Below, one piece after another: positions 51,728 to 63,459 of a DNA stretch of 64,000 nt; position 1 is the first letter of the stretch, and every line of letters starts with the position of its first letter. The translations under genes were made by a program, and so were the position numbers. This stretch comes from Paraglomus brasilianum (Eukaryota), in contig CAJVPI010000023.1 of NCBI GenBank assembly GCA_910592345.1, positions 1-64,000 of the forward strand, written 5' to 3'. The notes beneath the pieces were generated by a model. It was given only the letters and a program-made list of their open reading frames with translations. It made no database searches and had not been told where the DNA came from.

Positions 51728-52890
51728 ATGAACTCAGACTTAACACGTTACTTCAACTCCCGGAGTATATATCTTAACCCAACGTGGCTTTCTGACACAC
51801 TCTCTACCCTTTCTTCCTCCTCCTCTTCGCCCTCTTCTTCGTCTGCGACTACTCATGTCTATAATGTCTTCCTTCGCACCCCGCTTCGTCTATCCTCCAT
51901 CCCCTCCCTCCCACCGAATACGACAGATCTGCATGATAGCCGCATTGCCGTATCTAAACCGATCGTTCTCGAGATACTTGATATTATGGAAGTGGGAACA
52001 TCACTACAATCTATATTCGATACAATCTGCGCATACCAAAGCGGTTCTGTGAAGAAAGGAAATAAGTATAAGGATATTAGAGAGGAAAGAGATAAACCGT
52101 GTGATTTTCCAAGAGGGATGTTGAAATTTGTGTTGAGTGACGGGCGACAGGTCGTGGATGGGATGGAGTATAGAGCGATACAAGAAATCAGTTTGAATAC
52201 GATACTAGGCATGAAGGTGAGTTTTCCCGTAAAAAAGAACACGCATGCAGAATGTCAGTTATTCGCACCTAACTTTTGTTTTATTTTCTAAAATTTTTTT
52301 TTGTAATTGATACCAATCGAAGAAAGATCCAATTAAGTAATGTTCGTGTGTTGAGAGGTGTGCTACTCTTAGATTCGAGTAATACCAAAGTGCTTGGCTG
52401 TGGATACGATAAGATACGTAACATAGAAGGATTGAAAAGGAAAGTAATGACTTGCTTAGGGTAACTATTGGAAACATGGAAGAACTACATTCTTTACTTA
52501 GCTAAAACCTATATTCACCGCTATTATATATTATTAAGAATGACAGTTGATCCAAATAGTCACCTACAACCTTCCTCAGCACCTACATCCTCACCAAAAC
52601 AAAAGTCTCCAGTATCCCGTTTTGAACCAACTCCTCCGTACTCAATTCCACCATCTTCGACTCATGATGTAGATGGGAGTGAAAACTCGCAGAGTGAATT
52701 CATTTGTATTGACGACGAAGATGAACTTACAATACGTGATTGGGCTAATTTTGAAACTGATGACAGCTGCTTTGAGCCAACTCCCCCGTCACCAATTCTA
52801 TTATCTTCGACTCGAGATGTAGATGAGAGTGAAAGCTCGCAGCAAGCATTCATTTATATTGACGATGAAGATGAATGGTGGGGTGGCTGA
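51728..52890 (+). CDS. RMI1: RecQ-mediated genome instability protein 1 (N-terminal helical bundle plus OB1; 3 exons)
   Basis: YLNPTWL..L (DUF1767), FLRTPLRLSS..SLP, VLEILDIMEVGTS, RGMLKFVLSDGRQVVDGMEYRAIQEISLNTILGMK | IQLSNVRVLRGVLLLDSSNTKVLG. Introns at ~52217-52326 and ~52461-52538. Confidence 0.9.
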
Positions 52891-53124
52891 AAAGTTTACG
52901 ACATCGAAATAAACTATTTCATTCTTCCAAAGAAGTGAGCCAATCCTCGAACGGTCTATATAGTACTCTTCTTTTGATATACTCGAAGTATTGATTGAAC
53001 AGCCCGCGCGGAGATTATCAACCTTATTATACTTTTTATTTTGAGTTCTTTTTTGATTCTAGGGAACAGAAAAAATCGCAGGAGCTTTTTTCCTTTTAAA
53101 TACTTAGTGATCACTTTTGAAGTA

Positions 53125-53291
53125 CACAGGCAAACTCGATAAGTCGGTCATGCATGATGGACCGACTTATCGAGAGAACCGACTTATCGAGAGATTTTAA
53201 ATATTAAAACTGAGAAAAGGGCTTGGGAAGTTTTGGCCTTCTTAGACCAAAATTGAATCATCGAGAGACCGACTTATCGAGTTTGCCTGTG
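53125..53291. mobile_element. 167-bp pogo/Tc1-mariner-type MITE with TA target-site duplication
   Basis: Perfect 25-bp TIRs CACAGGCAAACTCGATAAGTCGGTC / GACCGACTTATCGAGTTTGCCTGTG, flanked by TA on both sides; two extra internal ACCGACTTATCGAG copies. Confidence 0.92.
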
Positions 53292-53556
53292 TATGCGGCG
53301 CAGCATTATCATGACATTTCTTTCTGTCATTCTGGTAAAATCTTATCGGCAGTAACACCTTTCGACAGCCTCTGTTTTCTAAGAACGTATAAAGATGAGT
53401 GAGACGAAAGATTAATGGAACGGGAGAATTGCCTTTTCGGCAGGCCAATGACCATAAATCATTTGTTTAAACCTGGAGACTGCGTGCAGAAATAAATAAA
53501 TAAATTATCATTCATTTCCGAATAAAAATATCATTTATTTATATGTGAATGTTTGT

Positions 53557-56129
53557 CTAAGCTCTAAATCTTTTTAGTGCACTTCTTAAACTTCTCCTTT
53601 GCGGAGCAGGCACTATTATATTGCTCTTTTTATTTCCATTGTTCCATCTCTTCTTCCCATTTCTATTCCTTTGATAATTATCATTAATATCAATGTCATT
53701 CAGTATAGACGGCTTGTTTCTTGATCTACTCTTCGGTTGAGGGCTAATTGGTTCACCATACAATTTTCTCCGACAATTGTCACAATTATTATTACATTGG
53801 TGAGGTGATATATTTTCTCCAAAATATTCCAACACTTGAACCCTTCTACAAATAGACTTGTTCTCACAATATGAAACCATTTGCTCAAGATTGTTCAGCA
53901 GACGTTTCCTCTGATCCGATGAATATTCTTGCGACTGGCTTATCAAAAAACGTATGTTGGTTTTATCCTTTTTGGAGTAGTATAATACACATTTGGACGG
54001 CTTCCCATCTCTTCCTGCTCGACCTGTTTCCTGGTAGTATCCTTCAAGTGACTGAGGTAGGGTGTGATGGAGCACATAACGCACATCCGCTTTATCTATC
54101 CCCATACCAAAAGCGATGGTGGCGCAAATAACATGTAATTCACCAACTTGCCATCGTTTTTGGATTGACTGTCGTTCTTGTTGTCTCAGTTTCCCGTGAT
54201 AAAATGCAGCACTGATTCCATATTGTACACTTAATTCTTTATACAGCTTCTCGCAGTGCTCAGTTGTTCTACAGTATATAATGCCTGCTTTCCCGACGCC
54301 TTCCTCCCGTATAAAGTCTATTATATCACTCGAAACCGTCTTGCTCTTCTTCTCTCTGACCTCGTAGAATAGATTGGGTCGATTAAAACTGCGAACGAGT
54401 GTGACTGGATCTTTCAAGTGCAGTGTACTGATCACGTCTTCGCGAACTTCTCCATTGGCGGTAGCTGTGAGTGCCATCGTCGGAACGTCCGGAAATCGTC
54501 CTTTGAGTACTCCGAGATTGCTATACTCGGGCCGAAATTCTCGACCCCACCGGCTAACACAATGGGCTTCATCAATAACAAATCGGGCAAGAAACTTTCT
54601 CTCATACAGCTTCTGTACCTTATCCATTACTTTTATCCCTTTGCCAACCATCTCAGGAGTCAGATACAGCAATTTTATCTGACAATTTGGACTGTCTAAT
54701 TGATCATAGACCGATTGCTTGGACTTTGCATCTTGAGCGCTATTAATTACACACGCCATAATTCCTAAATCAACCAAGTGTTGCACTTGGTCTTCTATTA
54801 GTGCTAAGAGGGGTGATATAACGATTGTAACTCCACGTGTAACGCCTGTTGTTACTAGAGCTGGCAACTGGTAACAAAGACTTTTGCCACCTCCAGTGGG
54901 CATTAGCACAAAGACGTCTTTACCAGAAAGTGTTGTATTTATTGCTGCCAGTTGTTTCTCTCTGAAAGAGAGCAGTTTAAATGGATTGGCCAAGAGAGAA
55001 TAGACCTCAGTCGTCCATGGATAGGACTGCTTTTCCGCCTCATCGATGACCGCGGGAGTTGACGTCGTAGGTAGTGACAATATATCAGATGAGATATCGG
55101 AAGTTGACGTCGTAGGTAGTGACAAGATATCGGATGAGATATCGGATGGGACTTGGATTGATTCAATCTTTGAGTTAAGTGTTGCAATGCGGAATATTAT
55201 CTGTGATCTGTGTGAAAGTAAAACATTAATATTAAATAAAATGAGGTGCATAATACTTGTCGTTAATAAGTACCGTTCATAATACAGTGCTTGAATAGCA
55301 CTTTCGTCAGCATTAGCGTCCTGTAAATCGAGAATCTGATCTGCTATCTGTTGCTTTTGTTGCTTAGCTTCCAATAAGTCTGTCTCCAATTGTTGTAACG
55401 GAAGTTGCTAATTATCATTAAAGCGAAATCGTTTGGTTAGAACGCAATTAGTCACATCCTTTTGACGCTGTCGTTATAAGAACAATTAGATTCACGTACA
55501 TCTACTTCATATAATTCGCCGTCCGACATTACGTCAATGGTATCCTAATTCAGTGATAATTTTAGCAATTCAAAAATACGCATACGTTTACGACAAAGGT
55601 TAAAAATTTTCTATCCGATGTTATTACCAGTAATTCTCGATCATGTTGATTCTTAAAATCGTCCTCCATTTCTTCGTCCGAACTTATTGCTATGAATTCC
55701 TATGGATAAACATAACCTTAGTATCGAGATAAAGACAATCCAATTCCATCTTTACTGTAAACGCGGCTATTCTACATCAATTCTTACGTCGTCTTTCTCG
55801 TTTTGTTTGTTCTCCATAATCCCAGTCTCTATATCCTCCCATAGAATATCTTTATAATAATCGTCATAGTAATCATTTATAACGCCATCATCACACGGAT
55901 TCGTATTTTCTTGGCGAGAGTTCCGGTCTGGTTCAACAAGCGTATCTTCTGATGAATTACTAAGACGCGTTGAATCATGGTGCGAGAAATAAATGCTATT
56001 CACTACAGGTCTTTTCCTGGGGGGAGATATAACATAGTCGTTTATATCCTCGCGAGGCCGCTTTCGATGATCTTTGAGCCACCGTAATTGTGTATCCAAA
56101 TTATTGATCGGACGAAAAGGTCGAGTCAT
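53557..56129 (-). CDS. SGS1: Sgs1/BLM-like RecQ DNA helicase lacking winged-helix and HRDC domains (multi-exon)
   Basis: N-terminal MTRPFRPINNLDTQLRWLK (Sgs1/BLM N-terminal helix). Motif 0 F..FREKQ, Walker A MPTGGGKSLCYQLP, FVIDEAHCVS, ALTATA, ATIAFGMGIDK, YYQETGRAGRDG, Zn-binding CRR..YFGE..C..NCDNC, then a basic tail and stop. Short N-terminal exons lie between 55788 and ~55410. Confidence 0.9.
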
Positions 56130-57136
56130 GTGTATGATAAGCTTCGCCGGGAGTAGTTGATGCCTTTGTGTCAAGTCTGTTTTTGTTGTGTACCTTCATA
56201 GATAATAATAAACGCATCACGTGTAATGTAACACAAGCGTTTAACAATAATAATAATAAATTATTCGATCTCGCGCTTTATTATTATCGTGATTGTTTTA
56301 TATTTATTATTATGCAAATGTCGTGTCACTAACCGTCATCATGCGAATTTTTTTCTTTCATTTCCGACAAGAAACGTTGGACGTCGATTCTTTTCCACGG
56401 TGGAAGACGGCAATAATGAGAACATGAGGAAATGACTTTTATCAGCCAAGGAAAGAGTTTGCATCATATACCGAGAAAACAAAAGAGTTTATACTAGGGT
56501 TTGTAGAGTGTAATTAGGAATTAGTTAGGTGTATTGGCGCTGCTGCTAATAAAGGACGTGAAAGCTTTTGTGAGCCCAGTTAGAATTGTTACTGTGCCAA
56601 CAGCAGGGTAAGAATTTAGTTTAGACAGGAGGCACTCAATAAAGCACAATATGAGGTTGCATCACTTGAGAATGACAGTATTTTGGACACCATCTCAATA
56701 TCACCATCCGAAATCACGTTTTCGGAATGCCGCCGTAAAAGCGAGACTACAAATCAGTAAAGAAACACATTAATAGTTCAGGCGTCGTTTTAGACTCGCC
56801 AGATTTAGTAGACATTGAACGATTACCAACCCATTGCCGCCAACATGAGTTTGGCTAAAAGAGGATGAAGTACCTGGAAGTTGTTTGTTATTAGACTTTT
56901 GGATTCATTAATACAGTCGGCCCAGTCTCTTCGTCTCAATTGTCACACCCTGTGCCAAAAATGGGTGTGACTATCTTGTAAATAAAGCGCATCTATCACA
57001 TTCAATCACGTGGGGGTTAAACATGATGTCATAGTTTCAAAATTACCAGTATTAGTAACACACATTAAAGTAATATTAATATTAATGGGGCAAACCAGAC
57101 AAACCGCACAAAACCCCACATAATAAAAACTCGCAC

Positions 57137-58921
57137 ATGTCAGGCCTATCTCCAAGTGAAGAATTTTCACAAGGGCAGCAATTATATACTTCCATTGAAG
57201 AGTCAACTCTTGATTCTGTTGACTCCGGGTATCAAGTACTACCTCCCTTCTTCAATCAATATTAATTATCGATCTACTTAATTTCTAATCATCCTTTTAC
57301 TTCCTTAGAACGACGTAAAGAAGGCGATTGGTCATTTCACTAGATGTGCACACTTGGTAAGGGAATTGAGCTTGTTTAGTATTAATGAAACTGTTGATGA
57401 TATAAGCACCACAGATTTGAAGTAAGTCAAGCATAAATACGATAGTATATGCTATACGGGTCTCTCTATTGCTAAATAAATGCAAATGGTTCGTCTGCTC
57501 GTATTGATGTTCTTATAAATGCAATTGTCGATCAATTAATCAGGTATTTATTGGTTGAAGCTTATCTTGGGACTCTACATATAAAACTTAACGAAGGAGA
57601 TCGACTAGTCTGTCTTGAAAAGGCAAAGGTAGGCATCCTTCTTCTGTTTGGTTTCGTTTCTTCATCGATTTGCTTAACTCTTATCAAACTCTCCTTAATT
57701 AGCTCTATCTTGAGCAGTTTCTAGAAAATGTCGAATTATATTCCCTTATATCTGATCAGGTCTGACTTACGTGAGCGAATGCCATCAAGTAATGGCACAA
57801 AGTATTATACGTTTTGTATACCTAGATTGACACGATCTGTCTTTAATCAGGATAAGAAATACCTTGAATCGGTAAAAGCACAAGTTACAGGCGATCCTGC
57901 AAAATCGCGCGATGAAAAAATAGCTCGAGCGAAGCGGAAGAAGGAAATCGAAAAGGAATTGAAGGTACGGCAGAGCTCGGGTGGAAAGGGAATGTATAGC
58001 GAATGGATAGTGTTTCAAATTAGTTTGACAACCATTAACACGTAATCGCATAATTCTTGTCATTAAATTCGCTTCCACGACTTTTTTATGCGCATCCAAG
58101 ACGCTTCAATCATTTCTCCAAAACTCCCTAACTGAAGACAGGGAAGATTTTGATCGAAAACATGTTTTGAAGCTCATTGAATTATTTGTTCAAAAATCAA
58201 TTGATGAGCTAAGAGCTATTATGAACGAAATTGAAATGGTAATTATAATGCAAAAGATGCAAGAGCAGCAACGGAATGGACAAACAGATGATCGAGTCAA
58301 TGTTCATCAACCTCAAAGAGCTACAGGTAGTAATGGCTCACTGTTGGATAAAGACGGAAAAGTGAGTATACAGGTTATAAAGGGTAGTCTTATATGTTTG
58401 ATGGTATTTGGAAGGTTATTTCCTTTAGACTCAATATTGTACATATGTAATTATTAACCCATTTGTGCTGTTTCTAATAACGCAGCCTCAGCGTCCGTTT
58501 GTTTTGACTTCCAAACGAGAAGAAATAAAGAATTCATTATGGAGGCCTCATTGGTCACTGCCAACCATGTCCATCGACGAGTATTTGCAGTTAGAGGCGC
58601 AGCGAGGAAATATTATTTCTGGCGGAGGGTAATTAGGCGCGACTGCGATATGTCGTTCGTTAATGTAATGTACTCATTTGATATTCATTGGATATTTAAC
58701 TTGTCTAGTAAAATGCCCGAGGAAAAAGTTGTGGACGATATGGATGAGGCTGCGATTGATGCCGAGACATACAAGGCTAGAGAATGGGACGATTTCAAAG
58801 ATGCTAATCCACGTGGATGGGGTAAATTATGAAACGTTTATATTAAATGTTATCCAAATCAATCGATGATAACTGTGATTCATTTTACTTTCGTCTAGGT
58901 AACCGCAGAGGAAAAGGCTGA
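57137..58921 (+). CDS. TAP42: TAP42/alpha4 (IGBP1) PP2A-family regulatory subunit (multi-exon)
   Basis: LSLFSINETVDDISTTDLK|YLLVEAYLG, DPAKSRDEKIARAKRKKEIE, LLDKDGK|PQRPFVL, WSLPTMSIDEYL, ETYKAREWDDFKDANPRGWG|NRRGKG*. Confidence 0.93.
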
Positions 58922-59178
58922 ATGATTACCAGTTAAACAAGCGCATTACTGTAGAACCTTACTAAAGACATTGCCTTTTTGTTATTTATGTTCGTAGTGG
59001 GAAAGAAGTTTCAACATTCTTTTTGTTACAACCGGCAATGTTTTTCTTTGCTAGTTGAATTCGAATAAATACCAAACGTCAAATAAACATTCATAGGACA
59101 ATCGCCAAATATCACTGATACAGTACTATGTGCACTCACTCTACTACTTATTGTGACTCGGGCGCCTTTGTTTGACTC

Positions 59179-59519
59179 TTAGTGATCATCCTTCTCAGCT
59201 TCAAGCAAGTATTCCTTGATAAATGCTTCTTCCTCGGCAGAAGAAGCATTTACAGGAGGAGACGTATAACGAGGGTCAGGTGCCTTGGCTTTTGCTCGCA
59301 TTCGTAGAAGAAAAATAGGTGTTGCAACTGCTGCATAGGTTGCTAATGCAAGCTGTGAAAGTGATTAGCGAAGACAAAGAGTGATAAGTCTATCAATATT
59401 TATGTCATATCAAACAAGAGTACTAATTAATATTCCAAGTAAAAGCTGAGCTTCAATTGCTTATTTCTTACATATTTGCTCGGCACTTGCCTTCCTCCGA
59501 TGATAAACGAGGCTCCCAT
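59179..59519 (-). CDS. ATP19: Mitochondrial ATP synthase subunit k (2 exons; absent from the ORF track)
   Basis: Exons 59519-59472 and 59352-59179 give MGASFIIGGRQVPSKY|LALATYAAVATPIFLLRMRAKAKAPDPRYTSPPVNASSAEEEAFIKEYLLEAEKDDH*, with the Atp19 PxNASSxEEExFIKE motif. Confidence 0.88.
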
Positions 59520-59572
59520 GGCTAATTTAACAGTAAGGAAATAGAAAATCTAATATTTCTTGCAAAATCTGG

Positions 59573-59588
59573 TATATCACGTGATATA
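59573..59588. promoter_or_regulatory. Perfect 16-bp palindrome containing an E-box (TATATCACGTGATATA) upstream of ATP19
   Basis: Self-complementary sequence 54 nt upstream of the ATP19 ATG. TCACGTGA is the Cbf1/bHLH-type site. Confidence 0.5.
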
Positions 59589-59741
59589 TACAGATCTTGT
59601 CATCCATTAAGATTAGCTGAGAGTAATAACGATCATTGTATAATAACACTGCAAGTACAATTTCAACACAAACAGTAAAATACTTTTGTGATTAAAATTT
59701 ATTAAATACTAAATATGCTTGATAGTCTATAGTAATAGCGC

Positions 59742-62700
59742 CTACATTTCCATCTTTCTCTCCCTTATCTCATCCTCGATTATCTTATCCTCCAATCCTC
59801 CATTCCAAATCTCCGTTGTTCCCCATATGGGATAAACTCTTTTATACAAATACATCATGACTGTATCCTGTTGCTTTATTGGAGAATCAAATACACACTT
59901 CATATGTCCATGAGTACCCAATGATTCCTTAATATGTCCAGTGCGTCCATATTTTGAATGGAGTCGAACTGGTTTGAACCACTGGACGTCCTCTGAAGAT
60001 ATGGTGTTGGACATATTAATATTTAAAACAGGTGATGTGAGAAGCATAGGCAGATCAATCAATAATTTTGAAATCATTCTCACCTGGATTGAAGAACATA
60101 AACCGTATAACTGCAGATCGTTTGTTTATTTTTAGTGGATAACCTGTCAATATTATCCTCTTTGCAATGATACGTGTTGGGTCGACACTGTTGAACGATC
60201 CAGTGGCAACCAGGATGGAGTCTAACGATACGTCAGAAAGATTCGTGTTAGTGTCACCAAAATTGCAAAAGGGCGTTTGAAATAAAGACTTCGCTCATAT
60301 TCAGTAATCCGAACCGTACCGTTAATATCCCCAGTATCTTTGAACACCAAACATGGCATTACGCCAAACACAATCGGCCCATATACAGTTGCGATACTCG
60401 TTCTTCCTACATTTAAAAATTTTTCAAATTTATGTACATTGTTGGTTCCCTTCTTGCTGTGTGTATGTTGAGAAAACAATGGATAAATTGTATATCTTCG
60501 GAAGCCACACTGTATTAAAAGGGGATCTTTAGACTTGATTGGCTCTGTGTAATGCGGTGTGCGTGTGAGAACAAAGTTCAAGACGGAGATACGATGTTCG
60601 TGTTGAAGCAGACCGAAGATTATAAATGGACGGGATGGATTGAAAGACTCTGTTAAAGAGTTACAAAAATGATCAGTGAACGTGGATGATGCACCATGCA
60701 AAGCACAGAAAATATCTTACCTTTAACTTCTTTCGGTACGTTAGATATGTGCAAAGTAATACGCATTCCCGGCTACAAAGCGGAAGGAAGCTTTTGATCC
60801 CGGCTCTATCAGGAATTCGACTCGACTGCCCTACCTCTTCCCCCCTTACCTTAGCAGCTCCAATCAATGCTTCGGCAGTGACTCTCTTCACAGTTCGCTT
60901 ATAATCCGCGAATTGAAATATCCTTGCATAATCTATAGGTAAGTTCTCATAGGGATCCCACGGTGATGTACGAAAGCTTTCCAATCCACGGTATCGTTGA
61001 AATCGTACTCGTGCCGAGATATCCATCGGAGTGTCGACTTCATCTGGAAATTGTAAATCCTCGCGGTTTTGCTTCTTAAGGTATTCCTGAAGTCTTTTAT
61101 AAGTATCAGAGAAGGTAGGTCATGAGGAAAAAAAAAAACATGGGAACGTTGATTATCATTTAATGATATTAGAATTTGATACAGACTGTTTCTCTTCATT
61201 TTCGTCCATTTGGTCAGATAAAGCTCTGTTTCTAGCCTCCAGTTCTATTTCCTCGTATTCCTCTTCTTCTTCATCTTCCTCCTCGATTTGCTTAATTGAG
61301 CTCTCTTCCTCTTGGTCATCATCACATGCCATAGTCTCATCTTCGTCGTCATCTTCTTCACTGTATTCTTCTTCTGAGTCAACAATCCATGCTGCCTGAT
61401 AGGCGGACGTTCCTTTTGGAACTCGTTTCACAATTCTCTTTGGTGTCGTGCCAGGTTTAGCGTCCGGCAGATTATCAGACTCGACTGACATCGATAGATC
61501 TATCATTTTTCAGACATATTAACTCACAATTATAGATAAAGACAAGCCATATATATCTTCAAAAAACGTACCACCCGCTTTATCAAGTTCTTCTCTTGTT
61601 GGCCAAGTCTGTTCATTCTGCATGAGATCAGGCTCATTTTCGGCAACTAGAGAATCCCGCAAGGCTGGATCTGCCGTTTCAAGCGTTTTCGCGTCCATTG
61701 CCTGCAAGATTCAACAAAATTTAGGATTATGCATGAATTGGTCTAATGTGGAAATTACTGACTGTCTCACCATTTCTTCGGTATCCTCTCGAATTGTTGG
61801 ACATGAGCTGATCTATGGTTGAAAGTTACAAGGATTCGATTAAAATAGATTTGCCAACAAGATAAATCTTGTAGAATGATTACGTATCATTAACGTATAT
61901 TTTTCAATACCTCTTTCAGTTGAAAATCTCCATAGTTTTGCAAATGTACAAGACGGTTAGCAGAAAAGGGCACTCCTCGTGCATACCCACTTACTCGCAA
62001 TGTACCAATGTTCTATAATAAAATCATGATTATATTGTTTGTTTCACACACAGTCTTTACAACTCCACCTGTAAGTACCTCATTGTCGTCATTGGCTATA
62101 AATGATACATCTTCTGCTAAAAGGTATGGGTGAGTATCACGCCATAAAATCTCTTTTGGAGTCTGGGTACATATCGTCCTAAGAATTGTCAATGAATCCT
62201 ACAACATGTCTTAATACGCAAAAATTATAACTTTACAACTGAATTCAAATGAAATAGTTTCATACTTGAGTCTCACTTCCACAATAAAGCTTCGTTTCAG
62301 AAGGGAAGTAATGCTGTATGAAACTCAGTAAAGACTTCTTGACATCATTGCGTTTCTTGACTGGTACACTATCCAAGTGCTACAAAAATCGATTCAAATA
62401 AAACGGTTTAAAACTGATCATACTCTCATAACACCCAAACTGATATGCCCAACATACTCACCATCACAGTGCTAACCACACTAGGCACACCCTGCGCTTG
62501 TAAAGTTTGTAAACACTTTTCTCCAAATTCATCTACTTCTACTTCGGCCGACATAATAAATATTACGAAATCCGCCACTTTGCATGCGTCTATTATGTCG
62601 ATAAAATTGCGAGATAGAAGAACGAGTTGCAGAGTTTGTTTGAAGCGATCCGCCCTTCAATTGGGTTAAACAAATATGCGTGTCAGAAGTGTGCGACGCG

Positions 62701-63265
62701 CATGAAATAAGGGCAAAGCGACGGACTTACTTGAGGTTCATTATTTCACGTTCAGTTGTTTCTGGTGGAGATTTGTCGACACTTTTGTACAAGTTTACAA
62801 CCAAATCGTATGCAGAAACACCCGAACAAAGCGGTACAATTGCCTACGTATATATAAACACAATTTGCATGCATATCTATTATGAAAAGATATACTATCA
62901 ACAATCAACTTTCCAAACATACCACAGTCTTGGGAGCAGCATCTTTCCCTTCAAAGAATCGATGCCTCTTGATTAATTCTGCACGTTGTTTCTGTTGATG
63001 CAGTCTTGCAGAATTCTTCCTGTCTGCCTTAGTTACAGCACCCTTCCTTGGTGCATTCTTTACAGACGTCCTAGAAACCTTGCCTATGGTCAATTCGCTA
63101 AATTATTAACTGGATCAAGGGTTTAATTATAAGAATAAGGTAATTTTATAATCAACCTTTTGTTTTATCTTTTAATGCACCTTTGGTAGCATGCTTTGAT
63201 TTGAAAGGCTTATTGGTTTGCTTAAGATGAGAAGCTCGATGATGGAATGGTTTCTCTGATGGCAT
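59742..63265 (-). CDS. TSR1: Pre-40S ribosome biogenesis factor Tsr1 (multi-exon)
   Basis: Start [29 protein letters not shown]. Also [93 protein letters not shown]. Confidence 0.96.
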
Positions 63266-63459
63266 TTCAACAACGTGTTAATTTGAAAATTTTTCTGAAA
63301 AATTTATTTTATATCCGGATCAGATCTAAATTGAATGCTATTGGACGATATAATTAACCAATTGGAGATCTGGTGGGCAGGTGACAGAAAGGCTAAGCAA
63401 CGCTTTAAACAGTCTGCGCGTATGTTCGAAGGAATAAAACTGTGTTTAATTGGGTCATA

